DNA of 64,000 bases from an uncultured Wenzhouxiangella sp. (GCA_964523755.1 CAZFYM010000004.1:7068-71067), one strand, 5' to 3'; numbered from the stretch's first letter, positions 7,978 to 18,063 are shown. Numbers and translations are program-made. The notes: a model not told the origin generated them from the sequence alone.

Positions 7978-10209
7978 ATGAACACTCGTTATCCAGCGGC
8001 GCTTCCTGCGCTTTTCAGCCTGCTCCTTTGTGCCCAGGCTTCGGCTCAGTTCGAGGCCGTCGCCGGGCCCAACGTTCCCGAGGCAAATCTGCTCGGAGAG
8101 CATGACACCAGTCCAAGCTTTGGACCACACCCATTCCATCCGGATCACCTGCACCACGTTAGCTTTCCCGCTGCTGTGGACAATGCGGACCTGATTTTTG
8201 ACGGCATTCTGGTTAGTGCCGAGGTCCGCCAACCGGCCGGCACTGGCATTTTGGTCACCGACTACACGTTTCGTGTTCGCGAATGGCTGGCCGGAGATTC
8301 CGGCGACGGGCTGATCACGCTGACCTCAACCGGCGGCCATCGTGCCGACGGCTTCGGCATGACCGTCTGCGGTGCCGTCAAGCTCCAACCGGACCACCGT
8401 TATATTGTGGTATCGAGAAAAGACGCCGACAGCATGGCGCTGCCGATTGCCAGGGCCATTCAAGTTCATGCGAGTGATCAGCTGGTTATTGATGAGGCCG
8501 GTCGTGTGGTCACCTCGTTATTGCCCGACCGCCTGGGGACACGTCGACAAGCCGACTACCCTGGCCTCGACTACCTCACTCAAAACCACGATTTTCAACC
8601 TGAACCCGCCCCCAGTCTGGCCCCGGATGACGGCCAGGCGCAGAAATCAATGCCGGATCAGCAGCAGATGACGCCCATCTCGCCGGAGCAGATGCTCGAC
8701 TGGATCGCCGCACGTCGCAGCTTTGAGCGCGGTGCCATCCTTGCGATAGATCTTCCGGTTGGCAGCGACCCTGAGCCGGTCGTTCCCAGTGGTCAATGGT
8801 GTGGACGGATCAATGGCCCCCACAATTATTACAACTGGGTTCCGGATGATACTCACTGGGCCCTGCGCGGCTCGGCCGCCGGCAACTGGAACACGCTGGT
8901 TGATGACAATCCGGGTGGATCATCCTGGTTGATCGGTACATTTCTCAGTGGTGGAGAGCCGATCCGCGATCGTCAGCCCAATGCCAACAACGGCGAGAAC
9001 AACATGGGTGTGATCAGCGATCTGCAACTGCAAAACGGTGGCTATGGCAACACCTGGGCGGGCTTCGGAGCCAATGGCATAAATTTCACCTGGTACAGTG
9101 GCGTGGCGTGCACCCGAATCGTTGAGGTCGATACCTTTGTCAATCCGGCCATTGCCAATGATCAGGTCCAGCATCTGAAATCGCTGACCCACGAGTTCGG
9201 TCATGCACTGGGCCAATCGACCAATGGCGCTGGCGGGCATGAGGACCGTTACTTTGCCATCATGTTTGCCGGCACGTTTCGCCAGCCGCCAAACTACAAC
9301 TCCACCTGGTACGGAAGAATGGACGACATGCGTGGCGTACGCAGTTTCCTGACCAGCTCCAACAACACCTATCCCGGCGAATGGGTTCTTGAGGAGTGGG
9401 TCGACATGGCTACCTGGTCGCAAACCCATGACAACTGGGGCAGTCCGGGCAATCTCGTCATGACCGATCTCGACACCTACAGTGGTCGACGGGGTGACCC
9501 GATAACCGTCCGGGGAATCCAGGTCGAGAATCGCGGCAATCTGCCAGCCAGTAACGTCAACCTGCATTTTTACCTGTCCAGCAACGACATCATCTCGTCA
9601 GCCGACTTTCTGGCCGGCAGCGCCTTCTGGTCGACTTTCTCGGCGGAGGGGCGCTGGTCCAACGGCACTCGCAATATCCAGGTACCCGCTAACATTCCGG
9701 CCGGCAATTACTTCATCGGCTGGCAACTGGAACTGGATGAATCCGAGCGATCCACCGCTAACAACACGGCCATTATGCGTCGCAGCAGCACGTTCAATTT
9801 CCAGGAGCGACAGTTCACTGTAATCGGTCAACCCGACCTCAATATACCGTTGACCAGCCTTAACGCTCCCTCCGTCTCCCAGGGATCGAGCGTCAACATC
9901 CATGTGCAAATTGCCAACAGCGGAGACGGAGGCTCACCAAGCACGATGGTCCGCTTCTATCGTTCGACCAACGCAATTATTTCAACTTTTGACACCGAAA
10001 TCGGCTTGACCAGCATCACTCCACTGGTACCAGGTCAAACGATCAATCGAAACTTTTCAGCCGTCATGAATGTGGCGGGGAACTTTTATCTGGGAGCTTG
10101 CGTGGAAGCAACGACGTATGAGGACAACACATCAAATCTCTGCTCCACAGGTCAGTTCATCGAAGTGGTGGCAGTCGACGAGGTATTTGCTGACCGATTC
10201 GAACCCTGA
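7978..10209 (+). CDS. Secreted zinc metalloprotease (matrixin/metzincin-like) with two CARDB-like domains
   Basis: Signal peptide, prodomain-like segment, HEFGHALG zinc motif, AIMFA Met-turn, two CARDB-like repeats (VENRG...FYLSSN; IANSG...FYRSTN) and C-terminal EVFADRFEP. GAGG RBS. Confidence 0.8.
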   Translation: MNTRYPAALPALFSLLLCAQASAQFEAVAGPNVPEANLLGEHDTSPSFGPHPFHPDHLHHVSFPAAVDNADLIFDGILVSAEVRQPAGTGILVTDYTFRVREWLAGDSGDGLITLTSTGGHRADGFGMTVCGAVKLQPDHRYIVVSRKDADSMALPIARAIQVHASDQLVIDEAGRVVTSLLPDRLGTRRQADYPGLDYLTQNHDFQPEPAPSLAPDDGQAQKSMPDQQQMTPISPEQMLDWIAARRSFERGAILAIDLPVGSDPEPVVPSGQWCGRINGPHNYYNWVPDDTHWALRGSAAGNWNTLVDDNPGGSSWLIGTFLSGGEPIRDRQPNANNGENNMGVISDLQLQNGGYGNTWAGFGANGINFTWYSGVACTRIVEVDTFVNPAIANDQVQHLKSLTHEFGHALGQSTNGAGGHEDRYFAIMFAGTFRQPPNYNSTWYGRMDDMRGVRSFLTSSNNTYPGEWVLEEWVDMATWSQTHDNWGSPGNLVMTDLDTYSGRRGDPITVRGIQVENRGNLPASNVNLHFYLSSNDIISSADFLAGSAFWSTFSAEGRWSNGTRNIQVPANIPAGNYFIGWQLELDESERSTANNTAIMRRSSTFNFQERQFTVIGQPDLNIPLTSLNAPSVSQGSSVNIHVQIANSGDGGSPSTMVRFYRSTNAIISTFDTEIGLTSITPLVPGQTINRNFSAVMNVAGNFYLGACVEATTYEDNTSNLCSTGQFIEVVAVDEVFADRFEP

Positions 10210-10295
10210 TCATTTGATCCCTGATCGCATCAGCATTCCTCATGGCCAATCATTCCCCCGCAGACACGCTTGCGTCTGCGGGGTATTGGCAGGAA

Positions 10296-10496
10296 TCAAT
10301 CAAGCACGAAAGTAACGCGCATGATCACCCGGTAGTTGGTGACACGACCGTTGGAAAAATCGACTTTCTGTTCGGCAATCCAGGCTCCCTTGACATTTTT
10401 CAAGCTTGATTCAGCTCGTTTGAGACCCTGTTCGATTGCGTCTTCAAAGCTCTTGGTTGAATTGGAGGAAATTTCGATTATCTTGGCAACGCTCAT
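10296..10496 (-). CDS. Dodecin family flavin-binding protein
   Basis: 66 aa SVAKIIEISSNSTKSFEDAIEQG...GAWIAEQKV...YRVIMRVTFVLD matches the dodecin pattern. Confidence 0.9.
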   Translation of the reverse strand: MSVAKIIEISSNSTKSFEDAIEQGLKRAESSLKNVKGAWIAEQKVDFSNGRVTNYRVIMRVTFVLD

Positions 10497-10585
10497 GGCT
10501 AGTCTCCTGAAGGTTAAAAAAAGGTGGTTGTCAGCACGTCAGGAATTACCTTAACATCAACTCTTTTCGACTTGCCGGATCGCTC

Positions 10586-12052
10586 TTGAAATTCACTCTA
10601 TCCTCAACGCTTCACCGGAGCAAGCTCCGGCTGGTCTTTCTGGCCTTGTTGTTGATCTACCTCGGAACAGCAAGCTGGCACATTTTCAAGCCCCTGCCGC
10701 CCGGTGTTTCCCTGGTCTTTCCCGCTCGAACCGCCAGCGAGGTTGATTTTCTGATCGATGCTACCTGGCTGGATGCTGATGGCAATCAGCACCAAGCCAC
10801 GGAAATCTTTGACCGGTTTTTCGCCCTGATCGACCAGGCCGAGCGTCGCATCGTGATCGAGATGTTCCTGCTCAATAATTTTGCCGGCCAGACCGGCAGC
10901 GATCATCGGGCGCTGTCGGGTGAAGTCATTGATCGACTGATCCAACGCCAGCGACAGATTCCGGAAATCGACATTCTGCTGGTCACCGATCCTTTTAATC
11001 GCCTCTATGGCGGCGTGCAATCACCCGATCTGGATCGACTGCAGGCGGCCGGTATTACGATTATCGAAACCGACTTGAACGGACTCCGCGACTCCAATCC
11101 GCTTTACTCCGCCCTGTGGCGAATCTGCTGCCAGTGGTTTGGCAATCGGGCTGCCGATGGATGGCTGCCAAACCCGGTCGGTGGCGAGCCGGTTACGCTG
11201 CGAACCTATCTGAACTTGCTCAACTTCAAAGCCAATCATCGAAAATCGCTGGTCGTGGATTCCGGCGATGACTGGGTCGGACTGGTCACCTCGGGTAACC
11301 TGCATGATGCCAGCAGCCGGCACAGCAACGTGGCCGTGAGCTTTCGTGGCCGGGCGGCACTTGACCTGATGGAAGCCACGCTGGCCGTGGCACGCTTCTC
11401 GGACCCGCGGGCCAATATCCTGGCTGTACCCGCCTATCATGACGCACCAGCTACCAGCGACAATGCTGGCACTGTTCAAGTTCTGACTGAATCGCAAATC
11501 CGAACCTCGGCATTGAAGATCATTCAAGATGCCCAGGACGGCGAACGTCTGGATCTGGCCATGTTCTATTTGGCGCATCGACAGGTGATTCGGGCACTGA
11601 TTAAAGCGCATCAGCGCGGCGTGCAGCTTCGTGTGCTGCTCGATCCCAATGAAGATGCCTTCGGGCGCAAGAAAAATGGCGTCCCCAATCGCCAGGTTGC
11701 TGCTGAACTGCAGGCTGCCGGTGTTCCACTGCGCTGGTGCAACACCGATGGTGAGCAGTGCCACTCAAAGCACCTGCTGCATCTGGCCCACACCGGCCTG
11801 GCCCAACTGCTGGCAGGCTCGAGCAACTTCACCCGGCGCAATCTCGATGACTACAATCTGGAAACCCAGGTGCTGTTTCAGGCACCATCCGACCATGAAG
11901 AGATTCAGCAGGCACTGGCATTTTTCGATCGCCGTTGGAATAATGAACCAGACCGAATCCACAGCCTGCCCTATCCAGCCTACGCCGACGACTCGCGCCT
12001 GCGCTACTGGCGCTATCGAATGATGGAAGCCACCGGCCTGTCAACCTTCTGA
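10586..12052 (+). CDS. Phospholipase D superfamily protein (cardiolipin-synthase-like)
   Basis: N-terminal TM segment; HRKSLVVD...TSGN (canonical HKD) and HSKHLLHL...GSSNFT (second motif lacks the Asp). Confidence 0.88.
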   Translation: MKFTLSSTLHRSKLRLVFLALLLIYLGTASWHIFKPLPPGVSLVFPARTASEVDFLIDATWLDADGNQHQATEIFDRFFALIDQAERRIVIEMFLLNNFAGQTGSDHRALSGEVIDRLIQRQRQIPEIDILLVTDPFNRLYGGVQSPDLDRLQAAGITIIETDLNGLRDSNPLYSALWRICCQWFGNRAADGWLPNPVGGEPVTLRTYLNLLNFKANHRKSLVVDSGDDWVGLVTSGNLHDASSRHSNVAVSFRGRAALDLMEATLAVARFSDPRANILAVPAYHDAPATSDNAGTVQVLTESQIRTSALKIIQDAQDGERLDLAMFYLAHRQVIRALIKAHQRGVQLRVLLDPNEDAFGRKKNGVPNRQVAAELQAAGVPLRWCNTDGEQCHSKHLLHLAHTGLAQLLAGSSNFTRRNLDDYNLETQVLFQAPSDHEEIQQALAFFDRRWNNEPDRIHSLPYPAYADDSRLRYWRYRMMEATGLSTF

Positions 12053-12081
12053 TCAGGAGTCTCACCAAATGAACAAGAGAA

Positions 12082-12141
12082 GCGCATCACGGAAACACGG
12101 AGGTCACAGAACTCAATGGAACAATCATCCTCAGTGGTGAA
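12082..12141. repeat. Degenerate copy of the 731-818 hairpin repeat family
   Basis: GCATCACGGAAACACGGAGGTCACAG resembles GCATCACGCAGAGCCGCAGAAGTCACACAG at 731; the right arm CTCAGTGGTGAA is degenerate. Confidence 0.3.
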
Positions 12142-12652
12142 CCTGATATTGAATTCCATTAGAGGCCAGATCAGTCGTGCTGCTCCAGTTGGCAAACTGC
12201 CCGCCTGGATCGGACTTCTTGCGATAGGCTTGCTGAGCGCCGGTTGCGCCACGCTGACACCGGTCAAACCGGTGGATTTGACGCAACCCGGTTGGAGCGT
12301 CTGGACCGGACAGGCCGTCTGGCTGCCACCCGATCAACCAGAGGCGATTGCCGGTGACTTGCTGGTCGCCAGCGATCAGGATGGCAAGCGGCTGATTATC
12401 CTGACCAAACCGCCGATCACTATTTTTACGGCACAAACCGATCAGGATACCTGGCAACTCAATCTGACCGGACAGCCTCGGGAGCGACGGGGCCGCTTGC
12501 CAGCCCCCCGACAATTTGCCTGGTTCGCCATTCCCGACTTGCTCCAGGACGGCCTGTCTCCGCCAGGCTGGGCGGTGGACCAACCGCAACCCCATATCTA
12601 CATTCTGCAACACCCTGGTGGTGAACGGATTCAACTGGTGCTCGATCCATGA
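12116..12652 (+). CDS. Lipoprotein of unknown function (possibly LolB-fold / DUF3261-like); true start probably TTG ~12149
   Basis: Hydrophobic signal ending LLSAG-C; beta-rich mature part (IAGDLLVA...RLIILTKPPITIFTAQ). Stop overlaps the MMPL start (ATGA). Confidence 0.65.
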   Translation: MEQSSSVVNLILNSIRGQISRAAPVGKLPAWIGLLAIGLLSAGCATLTPVKPVDLTQPGWSVWTGQAVWLPPDQPEAIAGDLLVASDQDGKRLIILTKPPITIFTAQTDQDTWQLNLTGQPRERRGRLPAPRQFAWFAIPDLLQDGLSPPGWAVDQPQPHIYILQHPGGERIQLVLDP

Positions 12653-15039
12653 GACCCGCCCTGATACCGATGGCCTTGATGGCCGTCCTGCTAATCGCTC
12701 TGCTGACGCTGCCCAGAATTGACATCGATACCGATGTTTTCAATCTTCTGCCAGCTGAAAGCCGCGAGGTTCAGGCGCTGCAACTGTATCAACGCCACTT
12801 TGCCTCGGCCCAGGATTTGCTGATTTCACTGCGGGCCGGCAATGCTGATCAGGCTCGCGTGCTGGCCGAACAACTGGCCGGGGATCTGGTCATGCATGAT
12901 CTGGCAACCCGGGTGCTTTGGCAGGCACCGTCTCTGGATCCTGCGGAGCGAGCCCGGATGGCTGCCTTCCTGTGGATCAATCAGGACCCGCAAGCCCTGC
13001 TCGGACTGGCCCAGCGCCTGGCTCCTGATCAGCTTGACGCGACCCTGGATGAAAGCCTGCAAAACCTGGCCACCTCAATTGATGCCATCGAGCTTGCCCG
13101 AATCAGTCAGGACCCGTATGGTTTGTCCAGGAGTATCGACCAGGCCTTCGGATCCGAGGACAATACGGCCGGGCAATTCCGCTCAGACAGTGGCGAATTT
13201 CGCTTGCTGGTCGCCCAACCCCCTGCCTTTGTCATCGCCGATCCAGACCAGGCCCGGGTTTGGGCCAGCCACCTTGGCGACTACCTTGGCGCATGGAAAG
13301 ATGAACAAGCCGAACGCCGGAGCAGCGAGATCAAGTTGACCGGCCACCTGGCGTTCGTGGCAGAGTCGGGTGAAGGATTATTACGCGAGATCCAATCGGC
13401 CGGGCTGGCCACCTTGCTGTTTATCGGGGCCTTGTTCTGGATCATGCATCGTAGCTGGATACCCATGTTCAGATTACTGGGCTTGCTGCTGCTGGTGCTT
13501 GCCGTTTCCGTGACGATTGGACATTGGATTCTGGGCCAGCTCAACGTGGTCAGCCTGGGTTTTGCCGCGATCTTGCTGGGCATTGCCGCTGATTACGGCA
13601 TGATTGTGCATCAGGAGGTCAGCAGCCATCCTCAACGTGGGGCACGTGACCACTGGCAGAACCTGACCGGTGCAATTGTCTGGGCAGCACTGACTACTGC
13701 GGCCGCTTTCTTGCTGATTTCCCGATCAAGCCTGCCCGGACTGGCCCAGCTCGGGGCACTGGTTGCCGTTGGCGTCATAACGGCTGCGATCATCATGCTG
13801 GTCGGCTTTCTGATCGGCGTCAAACCGAAAGATACCGGCAATGCACCCGCCATTGCGCAGCCTCCGCTGGCGATGGGTTCAAGGTCAATTTTCGTGTTCA
13901 GTATCCTGCTCGGGATACTGTCCATTTCGATTCTGACTAGCCACGGCTTACCGCTTGTGGACCGCGGTGTGAACAGCCTGATTGGAGACGATGGGAATGC
14001 CCATGCCAATCTGGCGGAGATCGAGCGCGAATTGGGTACCTGGGAAGCCGATCATTGGCTGATCATCGAAGGGACCGATGAACAAACCGTCGCCGACCGT
14101 CTGAGCGGCATCGAAAAGTTGCTGGATAAGGCTATTGCTGACGAGCTGATTGAGAGCTACCAGCTGCCCGCGACACTATGGCCAGCACCTGACCACCAGC
14201 AGGCCAATCGGTCTCTGGCGGCGGATTTGGCGGAAGATGCCAATCGTCTGATCGGCCACGCCAGGGCTTTCGGATTTACCGATGCGGCCCTGGTGTTCAC
14301 CGAACAAGTCCTGCAGGCCTGGCAAGAGATGACTTCGGTTTCGACCACGATCTGGCCGCACGGCCCAACCACGGATCTGATACTGCGCCAGTTTCTTGCC
14401 CGAGACCAGGATCAAGGCTACCTGGTACTTGGTCGTATCAAGGCCGATCCGGAACTGCCCGGTCACATCCTTTCCGATCTGGCCACTGCGGCCAATGATC
14501 GTGCCGGAGCCTGGCTGGCCGCCTGGCCTCTGCTCAGCCAGACCTTGATCGATTCCATGCAGAATGATCTTCGCCGCGTTCTACTGCCGTTGATTCTGGC
14601 CCTTGTGGTGTTGTTGTGGCTGGCCTTTCGCAATCTGGCCGAGGTTGCCCTCAGCCTTGCCACGATAGGGTTGGGCCTGCTGACTCTGATGGCTGTGATG
14701 AGCCTGGTCGGATGGTCATGGAACCTGATGAATCTGGTCGGTATCGGGCTGCTGCTGGGGCTGGGTGTCGACTACAACATTCACATGCAATTTTCTCTGA
14801 AACGCCATGGCGGCCGCCTTGATCTGGTCCATGCCACTACCGGCAAGGCACTGCTATTGTGCGGGTTTTCCACCGCCGCCGGTTTTGCCAGTTTGTCATT
14901 TGTTTCCAACGAGGGTCTGGCCAGTCTCGGCCGCGTCTGTGCCATCGGGATTCTGTTTATGTGCCTGGCGGCCATCGTCCTGTTGCCAGGCTGGTGGCGC
15001 ATGTGGCATGGTAGCCACAGTCCGCCTGAAACTGTTTGA
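12649..15039 (+). CDS. MMPL/RND-family lipid transporter
   Basis: Two repeats of (TM + periplasmic domain + 5 TM) with ILLGIAADYG and LLLGLGVDYNIH motifs. Confidence 0.9.
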   Translation: MRPALIPMALMAVLLIALLTLPRIDIDTDVFNLLPAESREVQALQLYQRHFASAQDLLISLRAGNADQARVLAEQLAGDLVMHDLATRVLWQAPSLDPAERARMAAFLWINQDPQALLGLAQRLAPDQLDATLDESLQNLATSIDAIELARISQDPYGLSRSIDQAFGSEDNTAGQFRSDSGEFRLLVAQPPAFVIADPDQARVWASHLGDYLGAWKDEQAERRSSEIKLTGHLAFVAESGEGLLREIQSAGLATLLFIGALFWIMHRSWIPMFRLLGLLLLVLAVSVTIGHWILGQLNVVSLGFAAILLGIAADYGMIVHQEVSSHPQRGARDHWQNLTGAIVWAALTTAAAFLLISRSSLPGLAQLGALVAVGVITAAIIMLVGFLIGVKPKDTGNAPAIAQPPLAMGSRSIFVFSILLGILSISILTSHGLPLVDRGVNSLIGDDGNAHANLAEIERELGTWEADHWLIIEGTDEQTVADRLSGIEKLLDKAIADELIESYQLPATLWPAPDHQQANRSLAADLAEDANRLIGHARAFGFTDAALVFTEQVLQAWQEMTSVSTTIWPHGPTTDLILRQFLARDQDQGYLVLGRIKADPELPGHILSDLATAANDRAGAWLAAWPLLSQTLIDSMQNDLRRVLLPLILALVVLLWLAFRNLAEVALSLATIGLGLLTLMAVMSLVGWSWNLMNLVGIGLLLGLGVDYNIHMQFSLKRHGGRLDLVHATTGKALLLCGFSTAAGFASLSFVSNEGLASLGRVCAIGILFMCLAAIVLLPGWWRMWHGSHSPPETV

Positions 15040-15696
15040 ATGGAGCAGAAAACCTTTATCGCCAGGGCCTGGATAATGGCGGTAGCGCTGCTGTTACCCA
15101 TTGGCTCCCTGGCGACCACGGAGGCCGAGCAGGCCTTGAGCGACTGGCTGGCCCACCAGAAAACCCGGTCCATCTGGTCGGCCAATGTCGTCCAGACCCG
15201 GCAGTTGCCCGCATTGGTGCAGGCATTAAGCTCAACCGGCAAGGTCTGGTTTGATGGTGCCGAGCGTTTTCGCTGGGAACTGGGTGATCCACCCCGAACC
15301 ATTGCCATTCGCAATGGCAATGTATTGCAAGTGACCTATCCCCAACTGGATCGCGTCGAGCACTACCACGACCAGGGCCCGGACGAGCAGACTCTGCGCA
15401 TGGCCCTGGAACTACTGGAGGTAGGAGCGCCTGCCGGTGCCGGGGAGTTTCTGGCGCGCTATCGCCTGGTCGACGCCACTCAGGATGCAGATTCCTGGAC
15501 CTTCGAGCTCAGCCCGCTTGACGCGGACATTCGCCGCATGATTGCCTCGTTGCAGCTGCAAGTCGCGCGAAGCGAATTCTTGTTGCTGGGTACCGAAATC
15601 GAGTTTCAGGATGGTACACGTCTCAGAAATACGTTCGACCAGCATCTGTTTCCCGAACAATTCCCGCCCGAGCTGTTTGAACTTGATCAAAGATAA
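15040..15696 (+). CDS. LolA-like periplasmic lipid/lipoprotein carrier
   Basis: Signal peptide; ANVVQTRQLPAL...SSTGKVWFDGAERFRWE...RTIAIRNG matches the LolA-like fold pattern. Abuts the MMPL stop. Confidence 0.85.
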   Translation: MEQKTFIARAWIMAVALLLPIGSLATTEAEQALSDWLAHQKTRSIWSANVVQTRQLPALVQALSSTGKVWFDGAERFRWELGDPPRTIAIRNGNVLQVTYPQLDRVEHYHDQGPDEQTLRMALELLEVGAPAGAGEFLARYRLVDATQDADSWTFELSPLDADIRRMIASLQLQVARSEFLLLGTEIEFQDGTRLRNTFDQHLFPEQFPPELFELDQR

Positions 15697-15730
15697 ACCC
15701 GGCTGACCCGTTGTAACATCGGCCAACGTC

Positions 15731-16606
15731 TCAGTGGTTACGTTGGACGATCCGTTGCGCCAGCCAGGCCAGCGCCTGCGGATTACCCGAGACTCCGGCC
15801 AGCGCCTGATCAATCTCGGCAATCAGCTCATCCAGACGCCGGTGAGCAGCCTCCCGACCAAACAGACCTGGCCAGGTTGCCTTGTGTCGAGCCACATCCG
15901 AATCGGCACTCTTGCCTATGGTCGCGGTATCGCCCTCGACTTCTAGCAAATCATCCTTGATCTGAAAAGCCACCCCCAGGGCCCGCGCATAGCGGTTAAG
16001 GGCTGCGAGATTGGAGCTTTGCAGATTCTCAAGCCGGGCTGCAACCATCAGCACAGGAGCAGCCAGAAGCGCCCCGGTTTTCTTGCTGAACATTTGCTCC
16101 AGTTGGTCACGATCAGGACTTTGCCTTTCAAATTGCAGATCCAGCGCCTGACCAGCAACCATGCCGTCTGATCCGCAGGCCCTGGCCAACAACAAAATGG
16201 CCTGTTGGCTGCCGGGATGGAGGCTGGCGCCCAGGCACTCGAAAGCCAGAGCCTGCAAACCGTCGCCCACCAGAATGGCCGTGCCCTCGTCAAAGGCCTT
16301 GTGCACCGTGGGCAGGCCGCGTCTGAGATCGTCGTCATCCATGGCCGGAAGATCGTCGTGCACCAGTGAATAGCAATGAATCAACTCCACTGCCACAGCA
16401 ATCTCGTCAATCTGCTCAGGACCGATGTTCAGCACCTCGCCGGTCGCATAGGCCAACAAGGGACGCAGCCGCTTGCCGCCATTGAACACAGCATGGCGCA
16501 TGGCTGCATGCAGGCGCGCTGGTTCGGTCTGCTCGCCCGGCAGCCAGTCATCGAGCGCTCGCTCAACTCGGGCAACGTAGTCAGAGGCTCGCTGATCGAA
16601 GTTCAT
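15731..16606 (-). CDS. ispA: Farnesyl diphosphate synthase (polyprenyl synthetase)
   Basis: GGKRLRP, HCYSLVHDDLPAMDDDDLRRG (FARM), KTGAL and FQIKDDLL (SARM). Confidence 0.93.
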   Translation of the reverse strand: MNFDQRASDYVARVERALDDWLPGEQTEPARLHAAMRHAVFNGGKRLRPLLAYATGEVLNIGPEQIDEIAVAVELIHCYSLVHDDLPAMDDDDLRRGLPTVHKAFDEGTAILVGDGLQALAFECLGASLHPGSQQAILLLARACGSDGMVAGQALDLQFERQSPDRDQLEQMFSKKTGALLAAPVLMVAARLENLQSSNLAALNRYARALGVAFQIKDDLLEVEGDTATIGKSADSDVARHKATWPGLFGREAAHRRLDELIAEIDQALAGVSGNPQALAWLAQRIVQRNH

Positions 16607-16895
16607 TTCGCAATTCCTTTAAGTCCTGGCTTGATTGACTCGCGCACAAATCCCTCGCCCAGTCGGCCAAAGGCCTGGAAAAGTCGCGCCTTCAAAAACC
16701 CGTTGTACGCACAATACCCTGCGCGATGATAGCGCGAATTCAGGAATTGTTCGGACTTTGGGCGTGGCAGGGCTTCCTCGAAGCCGATTTTTTGCAATAA
16801 AAACCAGCTTATAGTGGTCTGTATAGTTACTCCGCCGTTTCGCACGGGTCCATTACGGTCTTCGGTCGGCGGGCACTGCCCGAGGAGCCATAACA

Positions 16896-18041
16896 ATGAT
16901 AAAAGCCACATCATCCAGCGCAGGGAGTCTGAAGCTGGCACTGGATTGTCAACAACGCATTCTTCCCACTGTATCCCGAACCTTTGCCCTGACCATTCCC
17001 GTCCTGCCGGATCGCTTGCGAATCTCGGTCAGCAACGCCTATCTGCTGTGCCGCCTGGCCGACACCATTGAGGATGATCCGGGGCTTGATGAGGCCAGCA
17101 AGCGCGAGTTCGGACAGCAATTTATCCAGGTAATAAACGGCCAGCATGATGCAGACTGCTTTTCCGCTGCCCTGCTGCCTCGATTGTCAACCACGACGCT
17201 CGATGCTGAAAAGAACCTGATTGCCAATTATCGCCAGGTGGTGGAAGTGACTCACAGTTTGAGTAGCGATGAGCAAAGCGCAATTATCCGCTGCCTGGAG
17301 GTGATGACCAATGGCATGTTTCAGTTTCAGCAGACTGTGGGCCTCCAGGGCCTGGCCGATGTGGCCGAGGTGGACGAATACTGCTATTTTGTCGCCGGTG
17401 TTGTTGGCGAAATGCTGACCGAGCTGTTCTGCTGCTATTGTCCGCAAATCGCCGCACAGCGCCGCCGCCTGATGCAATTGGCACCGTCGTTTGGTCAGGG
17501 ACTGCAAATGACCAATATCCTCAAGGATATCTGGGAAGATCGCAGACGCGGCGCATGCTGGCTGCCGCGCGCACCATTTGGCCTGCGGCCTGACCGATAC
17601 GGAGACCTGATCGAGGAAGTGGATCCGACAAGTTTTCGCGCGGGTATATCCGAACTGATTTCCATTGCCCACCGACACCTCGGCAATGCGCTTGACTACA
17701 CATTACTGATTCCAGGCCAGGAGAAGAAACTGCGCTGCTTCTGTTTGTGGGCGACCGGCATGGCGGTACTGACCCTGCGCAAGATCCACCGCAATCTGGA
17801 CTTCACCTCGGGCCGAAGCGTCAAGATCAAACGTCATACGGTTCACTTGACCGTGGGTCTGACCCGCATGGCGGCGTCACGTGACCAGCTATTACGCTGG
17901 CTCTTTGCCGTCAGTTCGCTAGGCTTGCCGAAGGGGCCACGCGAACTCGAGTGCAACTGGCCTTGCCTGTTCGATTCTGACCGCTCTGACGAATTTGGCA
18001 GCGTGCAGATCGCCAAGCCGTTAAACCCGAATATTTCATGA
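16896..18041 (+). CDS. Squalene synthase, single-enzyme type (squalene/phytoene synthase family)
   Basis: YLLCRLADTIEDD, YCYFVAGVVG and GLQMTNILKDIWED resemble eukaryote/Methylococcus-type SQS more than HpnC/HpnD. GGAG RBS; lies directly upstream of shc. Confidence 0.82.
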   Translation: MIKATSSSAGSLKLALDCQQRILPTVSRTFALTIPVLPDRLRISVSNAYLLCRLADTIEDDPGLDEASKREFGQQFIQVINGQHDADCFSAALLPRLSTTTLDAEKNLIANYRQVVEVTHSLSSDEQSAIIRCLEVMTNGMFQFQQTVGLQGLADVAEVDEYCYFVAGVVGEMLTELFCCYCPQIAAQRRRLMQLAPSFGQGLQMTNILKDIWEDRRRGACWLPRAPFGLRPDRYGDLIEEVDPTSFRAGISELISIAHRHLGNALDYTLLIPGQEKKLRCFCLWATGMAVLTLRKIHRNLDFTSGRSVKIKRHTVHLTVGLTRMAASRDQLLRWLFAVSSLGLPKGPRELECNWPCLFDSDRSDEFGSVQIAKPLNPNIS

Positions 18042-18063
18042 ATTCGCACAGGGACCGATAACC

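Noticed and set aside
16603-16941. ORF upstream of ispA as xseB
   Set aside because: The translation has no XseB features (no FEEAL/LEES helix pattern) and overlaps the sqs start; no xseB is seen in the window.
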